Shown piece after piece: positions 8,261 through 17,561 of a DNA stretch of 64,000 nucleotides. Position 1 is the stretch's first letter. Each line of letters begins with the position of its first letter. The stretch covers positions 2,431 to 66,430 of the forward strand of contig JAGVXA010000001.1 in the NCBI GenBank assembly GCA_018304025.1, in the 5' to 3' direction. The notes beneath the pieces were generated by a model. The model did not search any database, had not been told where the DNA came from, and saw nothing but the letters and a program-made list of their open reading frames with translations. Source of the stretch: Candidatus Pacearchaeota archaeon (GTDB taxonomy: Archaea > Nanobdellota > Nanobdellia > Pacearchaeales > GW2011-AR1). Made by a program: the position numbers and the translations under genes.

Positions 8261-8421
8261 GGCAAGATACCTCCTAATACGAGCAAAAAGTTACCGAATG
8301 CAAACCCGATTAATGCAAATAGGTTAACAGGATTTGTAATAAGAAAAGGCAGAGATAATACAATTATAAAACTTGCAATTAATCTTGTAATAAACCCCGT
8401 ATTTGCTTTTTTGTTTTTCAT
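8257..8421 (-). CDS. Small membrane protein (54 aa, 2 TM)
   Basis: Hand-translated MKNKKANTGFITRLIASFIIVLSLPFLITNPVNLFALIGFAFGNFLLVLGGILP. Divergent from the sortase-like gene. Confidence 0.4.
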   Translation of the reverse strand: MKNKKANTGFITRLIASFIIVLSLPFLITNPVNLFALIGFAFGNFLLVLGGILP

Positions 8422-8480
8422 AAATTAAATAAGGGCGTGTCTGTTAAATAATTTTCTGTTTTGACGTTTTGACGTAAGTA

Positions 8481-8491
8481 GGTTTTTAAAC
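8481..8491 (+). promoter_or_regulatory. TATA-like box (GGTTTTTAAAC) of the sortase-like gene
   Basis: Centred 26 nt upstream of ATG 8512. Confidence 0.4.
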
Positions 8492-8511
8492 TTCTTTATT
8501 TATTTTAATTG

Positions 8512-9066
8512 ATGAATAAAAAAGAAGCTGTGAACTTAGCGATGAGGTATTTGATTCTGCTTTTGCTTGGGTTGTCCTTGAGTTTTTTTTATTCTGTGTT
8601 CACGCCGCTGACTGTCTGGCCTGTTTATTGGTATTTGGGCTTGTTGAATGCTGGAACGAGATTGTTTGAAGGGAATGTGATATTCTTCAGAGGAGAGTAT
8701 ATTGAAATAATCGGGGCGTGCGTTGCTGGCGCTGCTTATTATCTTTTATTGATACTGAATCTTGGGACTCCAATGGACGCTTTGAAAAGAATTAAGAGTA
8801 TTTCTTTTTTAATTGGGAGTTTTCTTTTATTGAATATTGCGAGAATAGTTCTGTTTAGTTTATTGCTTGCCGGAGGATTTGGGTTTTTTGATTTGGCGCA
8901 TAAACTGACTTGGTATTTCGGCAGTACTCTTTTGGTTGTAGTGCTTTGGTTTGTTAATGTCTGGCTGTTTGATATTCGCGAGATTCCGATTTACAGCGAC
9001 GTCTTGGGACTTTTTGGAGATGTATTCAGAGGGAAGATAGGAAATATTAAAAAAGGGCAACGGTAA
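8512..9066 (+). CDS. Exosortase/archaeosortase-family polytopic membrane protein (minimal ~184 aa form)
   Basis: 5-6 TM helices. Family-like ordered motifs are IEIIGACVAGAAYY (Cys), LLNIARIVLF (N-x-x-R-I) and DLAHKLTWYFG (His...G). The track start at 8509 is TTG; the ATG is at 8512. Confidence 0.55.
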   Translation: MNKKEAVNLAMRYLILLLLGLSLSFFYSVFTPLTVWPVYWYLGLLNAGTRLFEGNVIFFRGEYIEIIGACVAGAAYYLLLILNLGTPMDALKRIKSISFLIGSFLLLNIARIVLFSLLLAGGFGFFDLAHKLTWYFGSTLLVVVLWFVNVWLFDIREIPIYSDVLGLFGDVFRGKIGNIKKGQR

Positions 9067-9074
9067 GAGATTAG

Positions 9075-9710
9075 ATGCTTGCTGAATTATTTCACAATAG
9101 TGTTGAATTTTTGCTGGGGATAGTTGGTTCTCTTGGTTATTTCGGAATATTTATTGGAATGACTATTGAGAGTTCTTTTATTCCTTTTCCGTCGGAAGCG
9201 ATTTTGATTCCTGCCGGCGCGCTTATTCAGCGAGGCGAGATGGTTTTTGTTTTTGTTTTTATTGCCGGGCTGCTGGGAAGTTTAGCAGGCGCTTTGATTA
9301 ATTATTATCTTGCGTTTTATCTCGGGAGAGGATTGGTTAATAAATTGGTTGTTAAATACGGACACTTATTTTTTATCAGCCAGAATTCGATAATAAAATC
9401 TGAGCGTTATTTTGCGCGCCATGGAGAGATTACGACTTTTGTCGGGCGTTTTATTCCCGGAATCAGGCAATTAATTTCTTTGCCTGCTGGATTCGGGCGG
9501 ATGAAGCTGGGGAAATTTGTATTTTATACTTGCTTGGGTGCGGGGATTTGGGGGCTGATTTTGATTTATCTCGGATATTTGTTTGGGGAGAATAGTGCTT
9601 TGATAGAAGAGAATTTGTCGCTGATAACTATGGCTGCTGTTGGTTTTTGCTTGGTTTTAGTTTTGATTTATCTGTTTAAGAAGAAGAACCGCGCGCTTTT
9701 GCGTCGATGA
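9075..9710 (+). CDS. DedA-family membrane protein
   Basis: [27 protein letters not shown] and [18 protein letters not shown] are hallmark DedA/SNARE-associated strings. Confidence 0.85.
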   Translation: MLAELFHNSVEFLLGIVGSLGYFGIFIGMTIESSFIPFPSEAILIPAGALIQRGEMVFVFVFIAGLLGSLAGALINYYLAFYLGRGLVNKLVVKYGHLFFISQNSIIKSERYFARHGEITTFVGRFIPGIRQLISLPAGFGRMKLGKFVFYTCLGAGIWGLILIYLGYLFGENSALIEENLSLITMAAVGFCLVLVLIYLFKKKNRALLRR

Positions 9711-10455
9711 TTGAGTGCGTCATGAATTTTTCTGTTGCCTGCAGGATTTCACAGTTTGCGACTGTAATTGTATAGCAGTTTGTGTATTCTACTGACTCGC
9801 CTGTTAATTTGCCTTCTACTGCAGTATAAACTGTTTTTGTTTTTCTTTTTATTGATGTTTCGTCTCCAGATTTGACGAGAATAACTGCGTTGTCCGGATA
9901 CTGCTCGCAGGTTATATAATCAAGGTTATCTTTTTCTGCTTCTGCTTTGTCTGAAACGCCTGCTTTTAGTTCAAAGCCGTTTTGGCTGAAGAAGGAAGCT
10001 AAACCAGCGAGTGCTAAAGTGCTGTAAGGGCATTCTGTCAAGCCCTCTGCGTTTAACGTGACATAAACTGGTTTTCCTCTCTCGAATTCTAAATCCCCTT
10101 CTACAGGGACTTTGTTTGTTCTTGGGTCGTGTCTCAGATATAGATTAATCATTCGGGGGCCTTCTCCTGATACGACGTTTCCTGTTGCGTAATCTGGGTT
10201 TGTGTAGTAGTAATAATAGTATAGCGGAATGTTTCCGAATTTTTCTTTTGTGAATTTTAACCCTTGGTATTCAAATGTTTTGAGACTTTGGAAGAGCGAG
10301 TGAGCTAATAAGAATAAGAGTATCAAGCCAATCATTGCGCCGAGGATATAATAAAATTGCCTGTTTTGTTTTGAGTTTGAAACTTCTTGAGTTGTCTCGG
10401 AAGATTCTTGCTGTTTAGGAAGAACTCTTTTTTTAGTTATTTTCTTTTTCGGCAT
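9676..10455 (-). CDS. N-terminally anchored extracellular protein, unknown function
   Basis: 259 aa. Basic N-terminus, single TM, Cys-containing ectodomain. The C-terminal region is alignable by eye with that of the 10486-11034 product. Confidence 0.6.
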   Translation of the reverse strand: MPKKKITKKRVLPKQQESSETTQEVSNSKQNRQFYYILGAMIGLILLFLLAHSLFQSLKTFEYQGLKFTKEKFGNIPLYYYYYYTNPDYATGNVVSGEGPRMINLYLRHDPRTNKVPVEGDLEFERGKPVYVTLNAEGLTECPYSTLALAGLASFFSQNGFELKAGVSDKAEAEKDNLDYITCEQYPDNAVILVKSGDETSIKRKTKTVYTAVEGKLTGESVEYTNCYTITVANCEILQATEKFMTHSIIDAKARGSSS

Positions 10456-10485
10456 TTTTAGATATTGGAAAGAGGTTTTATAAAT

Positions 10486-11034
10486 TTAATGAAAGTCAAG
10501 TAGTTTGTATATGAATGCGTCGGCTGCTCTCAAATCTCCTTCGATGAAGATGCATTTTCCTTCCTGAGAGACTTTGTTTTCTGCTGAATCTTTCCAGACG
10601 ATTAAATTGTCTGTGCAATTTTTTTCAGGGAGATCTTCTTCGCATGGACCGTAGCATGCTTTTTGTGTTTTTGCGTATCTGCCTAATACAGAGTAGAGCT
10701 CGCTGAAGACTGCGTCGTTATCTGATGAGATGTATAATGTTGATTTTGCCAGACTTGAAAGAGTTGAGTAAGAAGTGACGGAGATATTTTTTACTTCTTC
10801 GGGAGAATTGTCGAGGTAAAAAAGATTGTTGTTGTAATTTATTTCCCATCTGTCGCCGACATTTCTTATACTGCTATTTGTTTCTCCGTCGTTATTCTTT
10901 GGCGTTCTTGTGCTTGACATGAATCCGTAGCCGATTGTTCCGACGAGAAGAACAGCTAACATTACAATACTCAAGAGTAATGTGTTTGTTTTTCTTTTTT
11001 TTTCTGATTCTTTTTCTGATAGGATTTTTCTCAT
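10486..11034 (-). CDS. N-terminally anchored extracellular protein, paralogue of 9676-10455
   Basis: 182 aa with the same architecture. KNCTDNLIVWKDSAENKVSQEGKCIFIEGDLRAADAFIYKLL compares with [21 protein letters not shown]...[25 protein letters not shown]. Confidence 0.6.
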   Translation of the reverse strand: MRKILSEKESEKKRKTNTLLLSIVMLAVLLVGTIGYGFMSSTRTPKNNDGETNSSIRNVGDRWEINYNNNLFYLDNSPEEVKNISVTSYSTLSSLAKSTLYISSDNDAVFSELYSVLGRYAKTQKACYGPCEEDLPEKNCTDNLIVWKDSAENKVSQEGKCIFIEGDLRAADAFIYKLLDFH

Positions 11035-11171
11035 TGCTTGGCTAGGAATTCGTGGTTTTTAAAATTTACCGAAGACAAAAATTAATTTTTTTGAAATTTT
11101 ATAAAAATTAAAATCAGCGCAAAGTTTATAAAGACTTTATACTACGATAGTAACAGATTCAAAAAGAGACG

Positions 11172-13244
11172 ATGGCAAACAAAGAGGCTAAACTTGGGGT
11201 AAAGTTTTTTGGAGTAATTGTATTTTTTGCGTTGGTTGTATTTCTTTCGTTGCTTGTTGTTGCAGATGTTACAACTGTTTTATGGAGCCCTATTAATCAT
11301 ACTTATTATAACTCAAGTGAAGGCATGAATTGGTTTTATAATATTTCCATTAATTTTAGTGATGCAGCTTATTATCAAAATAATATAACTCAGATTAATG
11401 TTACCTTACCGATAAACTTTACCTTTACTGCAAATTCAAATGGTACTAGTGTGAATAGCACACTTCTTGCTACAGGTATAAGTCCTATTTTTTCACTTAC
11501 TAATATTAGCAGCACTTTGAGTTATCTAAATATAAGCCAAGTTTTAAGTTGGAGTAATTTTACACATTTTGTTACGAACGATACTGTTGCCTGGCTTAAT
11601 AACTCTGCATTTTGGTTTAATGCGAACGCGACTACAGCTGGCTGGTATAATGTAACTGTTTCTGTTATGAACTCTACTGGCGCAGCATATATTACAAAGT
11701 GGTATAATCTTTCTCTTCGCGTAAATGATACAGATGCTCCTGTTGTTGCTGTGCCTGTTGGAAATATTAGCGGGGCTACTACTACTGATGGAGTAACTTC
11801 TGGAGGAAATTATTCCGGCAATCTTACATTAAATCTTAGTTTTAAGGATGACACGCCAGCACAGATGATATTCTCTATTACTAATGCGACAACTGCAATG
11901 GGGCGAAGTATTAATTATAGCGGAACATTGAATGGAGGATTTTATGATACTATTGTAAACTTTAACGAATCTACTTTTGTTGAAGGATTATATAATATTA
12001 CTGTTTGGTTGAATGATAGTTCTTCATTGTTGAACAAGACAGTTATTTTCAAGAATATTCGAGTTGACAAAAAAGCACCGGTTGTCTTTAATGCAAATAT
12101 TTCAGTTGCGAGTGCTGGGACAACAAACGGTATAAGATCTGGAGGAAATTATTCGCAAACAGTTGTGTTTAATACAACTGCTTGGGACGCTAATTCAAGC
12201 GTTGTTATTTGGATTAATGTAACTAATGCAAGCAACGGAAAACAAAATGCTACTTATGCTGCAACGCAGGAAGGCGGAAACAAGAACGGAGGGCATGTTG
12301 TTACAATCAATACAACAAGTCTTTTAGACGGAATATATAATATTTCTGTAATGGCGAATGATACTGCTGGAAATAATAATTATAGTTATGTGTCTGCTGC
12401 TAAAATAACAACTATTATTATTGATAACACAGCGCCAAGCATAACTCTTACGAGGTCTAGCAGTTCGACTAAAACTTCTTTGGTTATCAGTGCTTCTATC
12501 ACTGATAAGCCAAGTAACGTAAGCGGGCAATGCACTCAGAGTTTTGGGTCGCATGGACTTATGTCTGGCTCAGGCACAAGCCAAACATTTACAGGAAGCG
12601 AGTTAACTTGCGGAACTTCTTACACTATTCCTATACGTTGCGTTGACTATGCTGGAAATGTAGGCACAGCTTCAATAACTGCAGCTACAGATGCTTGCGG
12701 AACAAGTGACAGCGGTTCATCGTCATCTTCTAGCGGTGGAGGAGCATCCACAACAACATGGACAAGTACTTTTGTTGCAGATAGCACGGAATTAAGCGCA
12801 CAAGGAAGTGTTACCAAGAGTTTGGGCGGCAAGAACAGAGTTAGATTAAAGGTTAGCGGAGAGACGCATTATGTTGGTGTAACAAGTGTGAGTGGAAGCA
12901 GTGCTACAGTAGAAGTTTCAAGCACTCCTCAAACAGCTGCATTAAATATTGGAGAGACAAAGAAATTTGATCTTGCAAGTGACGGCTATTATGATTTGAG
13001 TGTTACACTTAATTCAATTACTAACGGCAAAGCAGACATAACAATGAAAGCAATTTCTGAGAAAGTAGTTGTTGCAACAGCACCTACAACAACGACGACA
13101 GAACCAGAAACTACAGCACCGCCTGTTCAAACTTCTCCAAGTACAGAAAGCGGTTCGTCAGTTGGATGGATAATTGCTATAATAGTAATTGTTGCTTTGA
13201 TAGTTGTCGGGATTTTGGTTGCGAAGAAGAAAAGGTATTTTTAA
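11172..13244 (+). CDS. Large surface glycoprotein candidate: TM/signal N-terminus, Ig-like repeats, Thr/Pro linker, C-terminal TM plus basic tail
   Basis: 690 aa. 41 N-x-S/T sequons by hand count, all between residues ~42 and ~455. Repeated YNI(T/S)V...ND(T/S)...D-x-x-AP(V/S) module ends. Tail is ...TTTTTEPETTAPPVQTSPSTESGSSVGWIIAIIVIVALIVVGILVAKKKRYF. Confidence 0.8.
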   Translation: MANKEAKLGVKFFGVIVFFALVVFLSLLVVADVTTVLWSPINHTYYNSSEGMNWFYNISINFSDAAYYQNNITQINVTLPINFTFTANSNGTSVNSTLLATGISPIFSLTNISSTLSYLNISQVLSWSNFTHFVTNDTVAWLNNSAFWFNANATTAGWYNVTVSVMNSTGAAYITKWYNLSLRVNDTDAPVVAVPVGNISGATTTDGVTSGGNYSGNLTLNLSFKDDTPAQMIFSITNATTAMGRSINYSGTLNGGFYDTIVNFNESTFVEGLYNITVWLNDSSSLLNKTVIFKNIRVDKKAPVVFNANISVASAGTTNGIRSGGNYSQTVVFNTTAWDANSSVVIWINVTNASNGKQNATYAATQEGGNKNGGHVVTINTTSLLDGIYNISVMANDTAGNNNYSYVSAAKITTIIIDNTAPSITLTRSSSSTKTSLVISASITDKPSNVSGQCTQSFGSHGLMSGSGTSQTFTGSELTCGTSYTIPIRCVDYAGNVGTASITAATDACGTSDSGSSSSSSGGGASTTTWTSTFVADSTELSAQGSVTKSLGGKNRVRLKVSGETHYVGVTSVSGSSATVEVSSTPQTAALNIGETKKFDLASDGYYDLSVTLNSITNGKADITMKAISEKVVVATAPTTTTTEPETTAPPVQTSPSTESGSSVGWIIAIIVIVALIVVGILVAKKKRYF

Positions 13245-13589
13245 TTTTATTAGATAAATATTGAGACAGGAAATTTAATTGCTTTTTATAATTAATAATG
13301 AATTAGGGAGCGTTATTGTGGATTTGATTTACCTACCATTTAACTAAAAAATCTGAGAGTAATGGGCTAAATGTGAGTTAAATACTGATACTATCTAATG
13401 GGTAATTCTGAGAAGAACTATTTTTGAGAAGACAAGAATTGAAAGAAAGAGGTATTTGGCTTCTGATACTAAACAAATTTGAACGATTAATTAATAGGAA
13501 ACGCTAATAGTGGTGGTAAAAATAAGACAGATAAAATAAGACAGATATCTTTAGATTCAATTTTTTGATTATGGTTATCTAAATAGAAC

Positions 13590-13630
13590 TAAGAAAAAAT
13601 AGAAAAGAAAAGAAAAAATAAAAATTGTTT
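13590..13630 (-). terminator. Oligo-T terminator region downstream of the S-layer-like gene
   Basis: The minus strand reads TTTTTATTTTTTCTTTTCTTTTCTATTTTTTC immediately after the stop at 13637-13639. Archaeal termination uses T-runs. Confidence 0.4.
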
Positions 13631-13636
13631 TTGTGT

Positions 13637-16225
13637 TTACGCTGTTGTTGTTACTGAAGTTATACTTGTTGCTGTTGAACCAGTGTATTTCTTGCCTGCT
13701 GTTGTGTCAACTGTTTGAGTTGTCAAAGCTGTTGCAGCATTTTGAGTGTCACCTGCGTTGTAACCTGCTACTAATGTAGCAACGTTTCCGCCTGTTCGCT
13801 CAAATGTCTGGATAAGGTATGAACCTGCTCCGACGCCTGTTGCTGTTTCCCAGTCTGCTCCGCACAAAGGTGTTGAGCTTCCTAGTAAATCTGCAGCGAC
13901 GCTGTTTACACAGCTACCACCTACAACAACCAAGTTCTTATTGGACGCTTGACTAACTTCTGCATCAGTAATTGCAACTCCAATTGTTGAAGTTGAACCT
14001 CCTGATGAACCAGAAAGTACTGCATCTGTTTCTGTTAAGAAAACTTCTGCATATGTTTCAGAAGCACCATCTGTTCCTGCAGGATAGTAAACTTCTGCAT
14101 AATCCTCGTCTGGTTTTGTGTAGTGCAAAATTCTTGTAGCAACGTCTGAGCCATTTAGATATGCCTCATACACGCTAGTTGCATCTCCTACCTCTAGTCC
14201 GCCTACGCCTCCAACACCACTTGATGGACCACCTGAACCTGCAGTGTTTACTTGAGAAACATACAGATTACTGTCGGTATTATCATCAATGGTAAAGTTA
14301 AACGTTGTTCCAGCAGCTATATTGTCGTCTTTGTCTTCTTCTTTCATAAACAACCAGAATGAAGTACCGCTGTGCCCTGTTGTGGATGGAACTCCATTTA
14401 TACCAATTGTCCAGTTTTCACCGGCTTGGTCTGTTCCAACAGGTCCTGTTGGAAGTCCTTCTGCTGATCCTCCTCCAGAATCATTTACATGCAATTCGCC
14501 TTCTCGAACAAGTGTTGAGTTTATCGCTGCGAAAGGCAAGAAGATCTTTAATCCTCCTGCTGTGTAAATTGTTTGGAAGTTTACGTTTGTTCCAGCTGCA
14601 AATGAAGCTGTTTCGTTTTTACCAGAGGTATAGTTTACGTCGTCTATTGTAAGACTAACTAAACCAATGTTACAACTATCGCCTGCTTTTTTATCTGCAC
14701 AAACTGATTCCCAGCCTGCTGAACCATACTTTTCAAGAGTGGTTCTGTTTATTCCTGATGAGTCAGTAGAAAGAACTTTTGCTCTTAACAAATAAGATTC
14801 TGCTTGAGAACTAATGTTATAGCTTGCTACAAAGTATTCGTGCCAGTCAGCTCCATTGAATTTCTCATAAAACTGAATCTTTGTTTCGTTTGGCGCTACA
14901 GTAAGCAATCTTTGATCAGTTGCTTTTCCGATTCCAATAAGTTCTCCAGTTGAATTTGCGTACACTAAGTTTATACCTACTGTTCCGTCTTTTATTGGAA
15001 CAGTCAGTTTAATACTTGTATCTCCATCATTGTCTATGGTTATTTTTTCTTCTTCTTGTCTGCGCAAATCATTCATAGAAAACTTAACTGCATTAAAGCC
15101 AGGCATTGCAAGTTCTAGTTTTGGTGTTAAGAATAATTCATCGTCTGTTTTCCATTCTAAAACGATTTTATCCATTTTTCCAGTTGTTGAACCACTTCCT
15201 GTTGCGTTGTAAACCCATGCTTTTATACCGTCTACATTTTCATCGTTGAGTTTTACAGTTGAACCAGAAGTTATTTCTAACTTTCCAGAACCAAGACTGA
15301 ATTCAATATTACCTACAACTCCTGAAACATCTCTTTGGAATATTTCTTTAACTCCAACGTATGTTCCGTCAGATAATTTGTAGGATGAACCTGCGGACAA
15401 CATATTTGTTGTTTCGCCGTTAACACTTAACTTTGCTTGTGTTGTTGTAAGAGAAACTATACTTACATCATAGCTTTTATCGCCCATTGTTTTAGTAGCT
15501 GTTTCTCCTTCATTGACTATGCCTGTTACGGCAGAATCAAGCAAGGTTAACTTACCAAGCATACCTGATATTCCTCCAACGTCAAAATCAGAAATATAAT
15601 AGTCTTTGCCAAGTAATCTAAGTGTACTTGTTTCAAAGTCTTCAAATTCTCCTGTGGTTATGTCTGATTCAGCATCTGTTGTGAAATCAATAGTATAGTT
15701 CAAAATCCATTTGCTTGAAGGCAGTTTAAAACCAACTGTTGGTGTTCTCTCGCTTAAACCTGCAGCAGATTCATAGTCAGAATCTCTGAAATGCTCTAAT
15801 CCTGGACTACCAAGAGCTATTGTTTGTTCATATTCAAATTCATCATTGTCATCTGTTACATATGTTCCGTCTGCTAATAAAGTTGATAATTCATCTTTAT
15901 CGACATTTCCGGAAAATACGCCCCAGGTGTTTCCAAGGTTAAGATTATCGCTTGCTTTTGCAAGCAGAACATAATCTCCGCCAGAAGGAGTTGCACCAGC
16001 TGTTGCTGTTGAAGATGAAAGAAAACTATTCAAGCTATCTTGAATCTTCAAAACGCCTACAAGGTCTACTGAAGCTGCTGTGTGGCTACCGTAAACAACT
16101 GCTACGTCAGCTGCTCCGTTTGTAACGAAGGGTGCTGGGTATGTTGTTGCAGCTGCCAAAGCAACTGTAGAAGTTAACATTGCTGTAGTTGCTAAAACGC
16201 TAGCAATTTTTTTAAATTTAAACAT
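13637..16225 (-). CDS. S-layer-like major surface protein
   Basis: 862 aa. Signal peptide MFKFKKIASVLATTAMLTSTVALAAA. T/S/G/N/V-rich and acidic with almost no Cys. Several sequons, no C-terminal TM. GGAGG SD 10 nt before the ATG. Flanked by long non-coding regions and a T-run terminator. Confidence 0.7.
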   Translation of the reverse strand: MFKFKKIASVLATTAMLTSTVALAAATTYPAPFVTNGAADVAVVYGSHTAASVDLVGVLKIQDSLNSFLSSSTATAGATPSGGDYVLLAKASDNLNLGNTWGVFSGNVDKDELSTLLADGTYVTDDNDEFEYEQTIALGSPGLEHFRDSDYESAAGLSERTPTVGFKLPSSKWILNYTIDFTTDAESDITTGEFEDFETSTLRLLGKDYYISDFDVGGISGMLGKLTLLDSAVTGIVNEGETATKTMGDKSYDVSIVSLTTTQAKLSVNGETTNMLSAGSSYKLSDGTYVGVKEIFQRDVSGVVGNIEFSLGSGKLEITSGSTVKLNDENVDGIKAWVYNATGSGSTTGKMDKIVLEWKTDDELFLTPKLELAMPGFNAVKFSMNDLRRQEEEKITIDNDGDTSIKLTVPIKDGTVGINLVYANSTGELIGIGKATDQRLLTVAPNETKIQFYEKFNGADWHEYFVASYNISSQAESYLLRAKVLSTDSSGINRTTLEKYGSAGWESVCADKKAGDSCNIGLVSLTIDDVNYTSGKNETASFAAGTNVNFQTIYTAGGLKIFLPFAAINSTLVREGELHVNDSGGGSAEGLPTGPVGTDQAGENWTIGINGVPSTTGHSGTSFWLFMKEEDKDDNIAAGTTFNFTIDDNTDSNLYVSQVNTAGSGGPSSGVGGVGGLEVGDATSVYEAYLNGSDVATRILHYTKPDEDYAEVYYPAGTDGASETYAEVFLTETDAVLSGSSGGSTSTIGVAITDAEVSQASNKNLVVVGGSCVNSVAADLLGSSTPLCGADWETATGVGAGSYLIQTFERTGGNVATLVAGYNAGDTQNAATALTTQTVDTTAGKKYTGSTATSITSVTTTA

Positions 16226-16465
16226 TATTTTTAATCCTCCTTTTTGCTATGTCTAATTGGCAGCTCAATCGAAACCTCTCCGGGTTTCGATGCATCCAGG
16301 TTTTTGAGTCAGCGAAGCTGACGGCCCGGTGAGCACCTCTTTGAGGAGACTGTTTAATACAGCCCGCCGGCACTTAGAAAGTGCCAAGTTTAATAGGGAT
16401 GAATGGTTAAATTGAATTTGGTTTAAAAAGCTTTCTATGTTTTTTTGGTTTGTCGAAGGGAACTA
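16226..16465 (-). promoter_or_regulatory. Long structured 5' leader (or independent small RNA) upstream of the S-layer-like gene
   Basis: A locally GC-rich stretch at 16262-16390 carries five stem-loops: 16268-16291 (9 bp), 16308-16322 (6 bp, GAA loop), 16336-16346, 16350-16362 and 16369-16385 (6 bp). TATA-like GATTTATATATAAAAC lies on the minus strand at ~16483-16498. Confidence 0.4.
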
Positions 16466-16621
16466 GCTTTGTTAGCTGCGTTTTATATATAAATCTTGTG
16501 TTACTATTATAAAGTTTTTCATATATCTTGAACTTATGAATTTTATTTATTTTTTAACAGTCAAAACAGCAAGAATAAGGGTAAAAACGAAACATATAAA
16601 TACTATGTATATTTACAATAT

Positions 16622-17023
16622 ATGTTGATTAAAATACCATATATGGTATTTATCGACGGTAAAATGGCTGAAAAATCAAAAACACGGGAAATCACAATTA
16701 CTGAAGAAGGAGGAAAGTTTACTTCGTTTTTTAAGAGGTTTAAGAGTGAAAAATCAGAATTTGACTTTGAGGGGCTGGGGGTTTTGAGAAATTTGCTCAG
16801 CAATGAGAAAGCGCGAATGCTAAATGTGATAAAAAATCGCAAGCCGAACTCGATTTATGAGCTTGCCAGGATTTTGAAAAGAGATTTTAAGTCTGTGAGC
16901 TGTGATGTGAAGGCTTTGGAGAAATTTGGTTTTATTGACATGATTGCTGAAAAGACTGGGAAAAGAGAAAGACTGAAGCCGATTTTAGCTGTTGATTCTA
17001 TGTATATCCACGTTAAGCTGTAG
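16622..17023 (+). CDS. Winged-helix transcriptional regulator (HVO_A0114/COG4190-like)
   Basis: LRNLLSNEKARMLNVIKNRKPNSIYELARILKRDFKSVSCDVKALEKFGFI is a wHTH pattern. The start is uncertain (ATGs at 16622, 16643, 16664). Confidence 0.65.
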   Translation: MLIKIPYMVFIDGKMAEKSKTREITITEEGGKFTSFFKRFKSEKSEFDFEGLGVLRNLLSNEKARMLNVIKNRKPNSIYELARILKRDFKSVSCDVKALEKFGFIDMIAEKTGKRERLKPILAVDSMYIHVKL

Positions 17024-17561
17024 TTTTTGTGCCGAGATTTTCGTAAATTTTTAAACTGACTTTTATTCCTTTACCGATTGGTTTTTCTGCTGTTTTTGCC
17101 TCTCTTTCGTCTGGGCTTCCTCCTGGAAATGCAGATATAGCTATTATTTCTGCTTCTTCGCTTCTTAAAAGTGGGTCGTCTGCTTTTTCAAAGACTACTT
17201 CGAAAAGATATCCTTTAACCGGCTTGTCTTGGCCAGGATTCCAGCTTTTTTCTATAATCTCTTTAGATAACTCTTCTAAATTTTCTTTGAGATTTCCGTC
17301 AACGCCTGTGCCTGGACAGCGGTTTGTTTCTTTGGCTTCTATTATTGCGTCTTTGAAATTGAGTCTTGAACCTGCGACTTCGCAGTCAGTAGAATATTCG
17401 AGCATTGCGTCCAAAAATAAAGAAACCTCGTCTACGCGGGTTCTGTCTTCTTCTGCGCCGGGTTTTCGCATCATTATGCCTAGAAATACTAGAAAGATTA
17501 CAGCTACGAGTGCAACTACCATGACAAAGCCTACCATTTCTTCCTGTGATTTCTTATTCAC
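17013..17561 (-). CDS. Type IV pilin-like protein (class III signal peptide)
   Basis: GTG start preceded by AGGAGG with an 8-nt spacer. N-terminus MNKKSQ-EEMVGFVMVVALVAVIFLVFLGIMM is KK[S]-Q followed by a hydrophobic helix. Confidence 0.65.
   Translation of the reverse strand: MNKKSQEEMVGFVMVVALVAVIFLVFLGIMMRKPGAEEDRTRVDEVSLFLDAMLEYSTDCEVAGSRLNFKDAIIEAKETNRCPGTGVDGNLKENLEELSKEIIEKSWNPGQDKPVKGYLFEVVFEKADDPLLRSEEAEIIAISAFPGGSPDEREAKTAEKPIGKGIKVSLKIYENLGTKTTA

Noticed and set aside
13519-13546. Tandem 14-nt duplication AAAATAAGACAGAT x2 in the spacer between the two convergent surface-protein genes.
   Set aside because: It is a single duplication in AT-rich non-coding DNA, and no further copies or associated features are seen.
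16262-16390. The GC-rich hairpin cluster considered as SRP RNA, RNase P RNA or a tRNA.
   Set aside because: I could not find the SRP helix-8 GNAR/AGCA asymmetric-loop pattern, the RNase P conserved GGAAAGUCC-type strings, or a cloverleaf with a T-loop. I kept it as a structured leader or unknown RNA instead.
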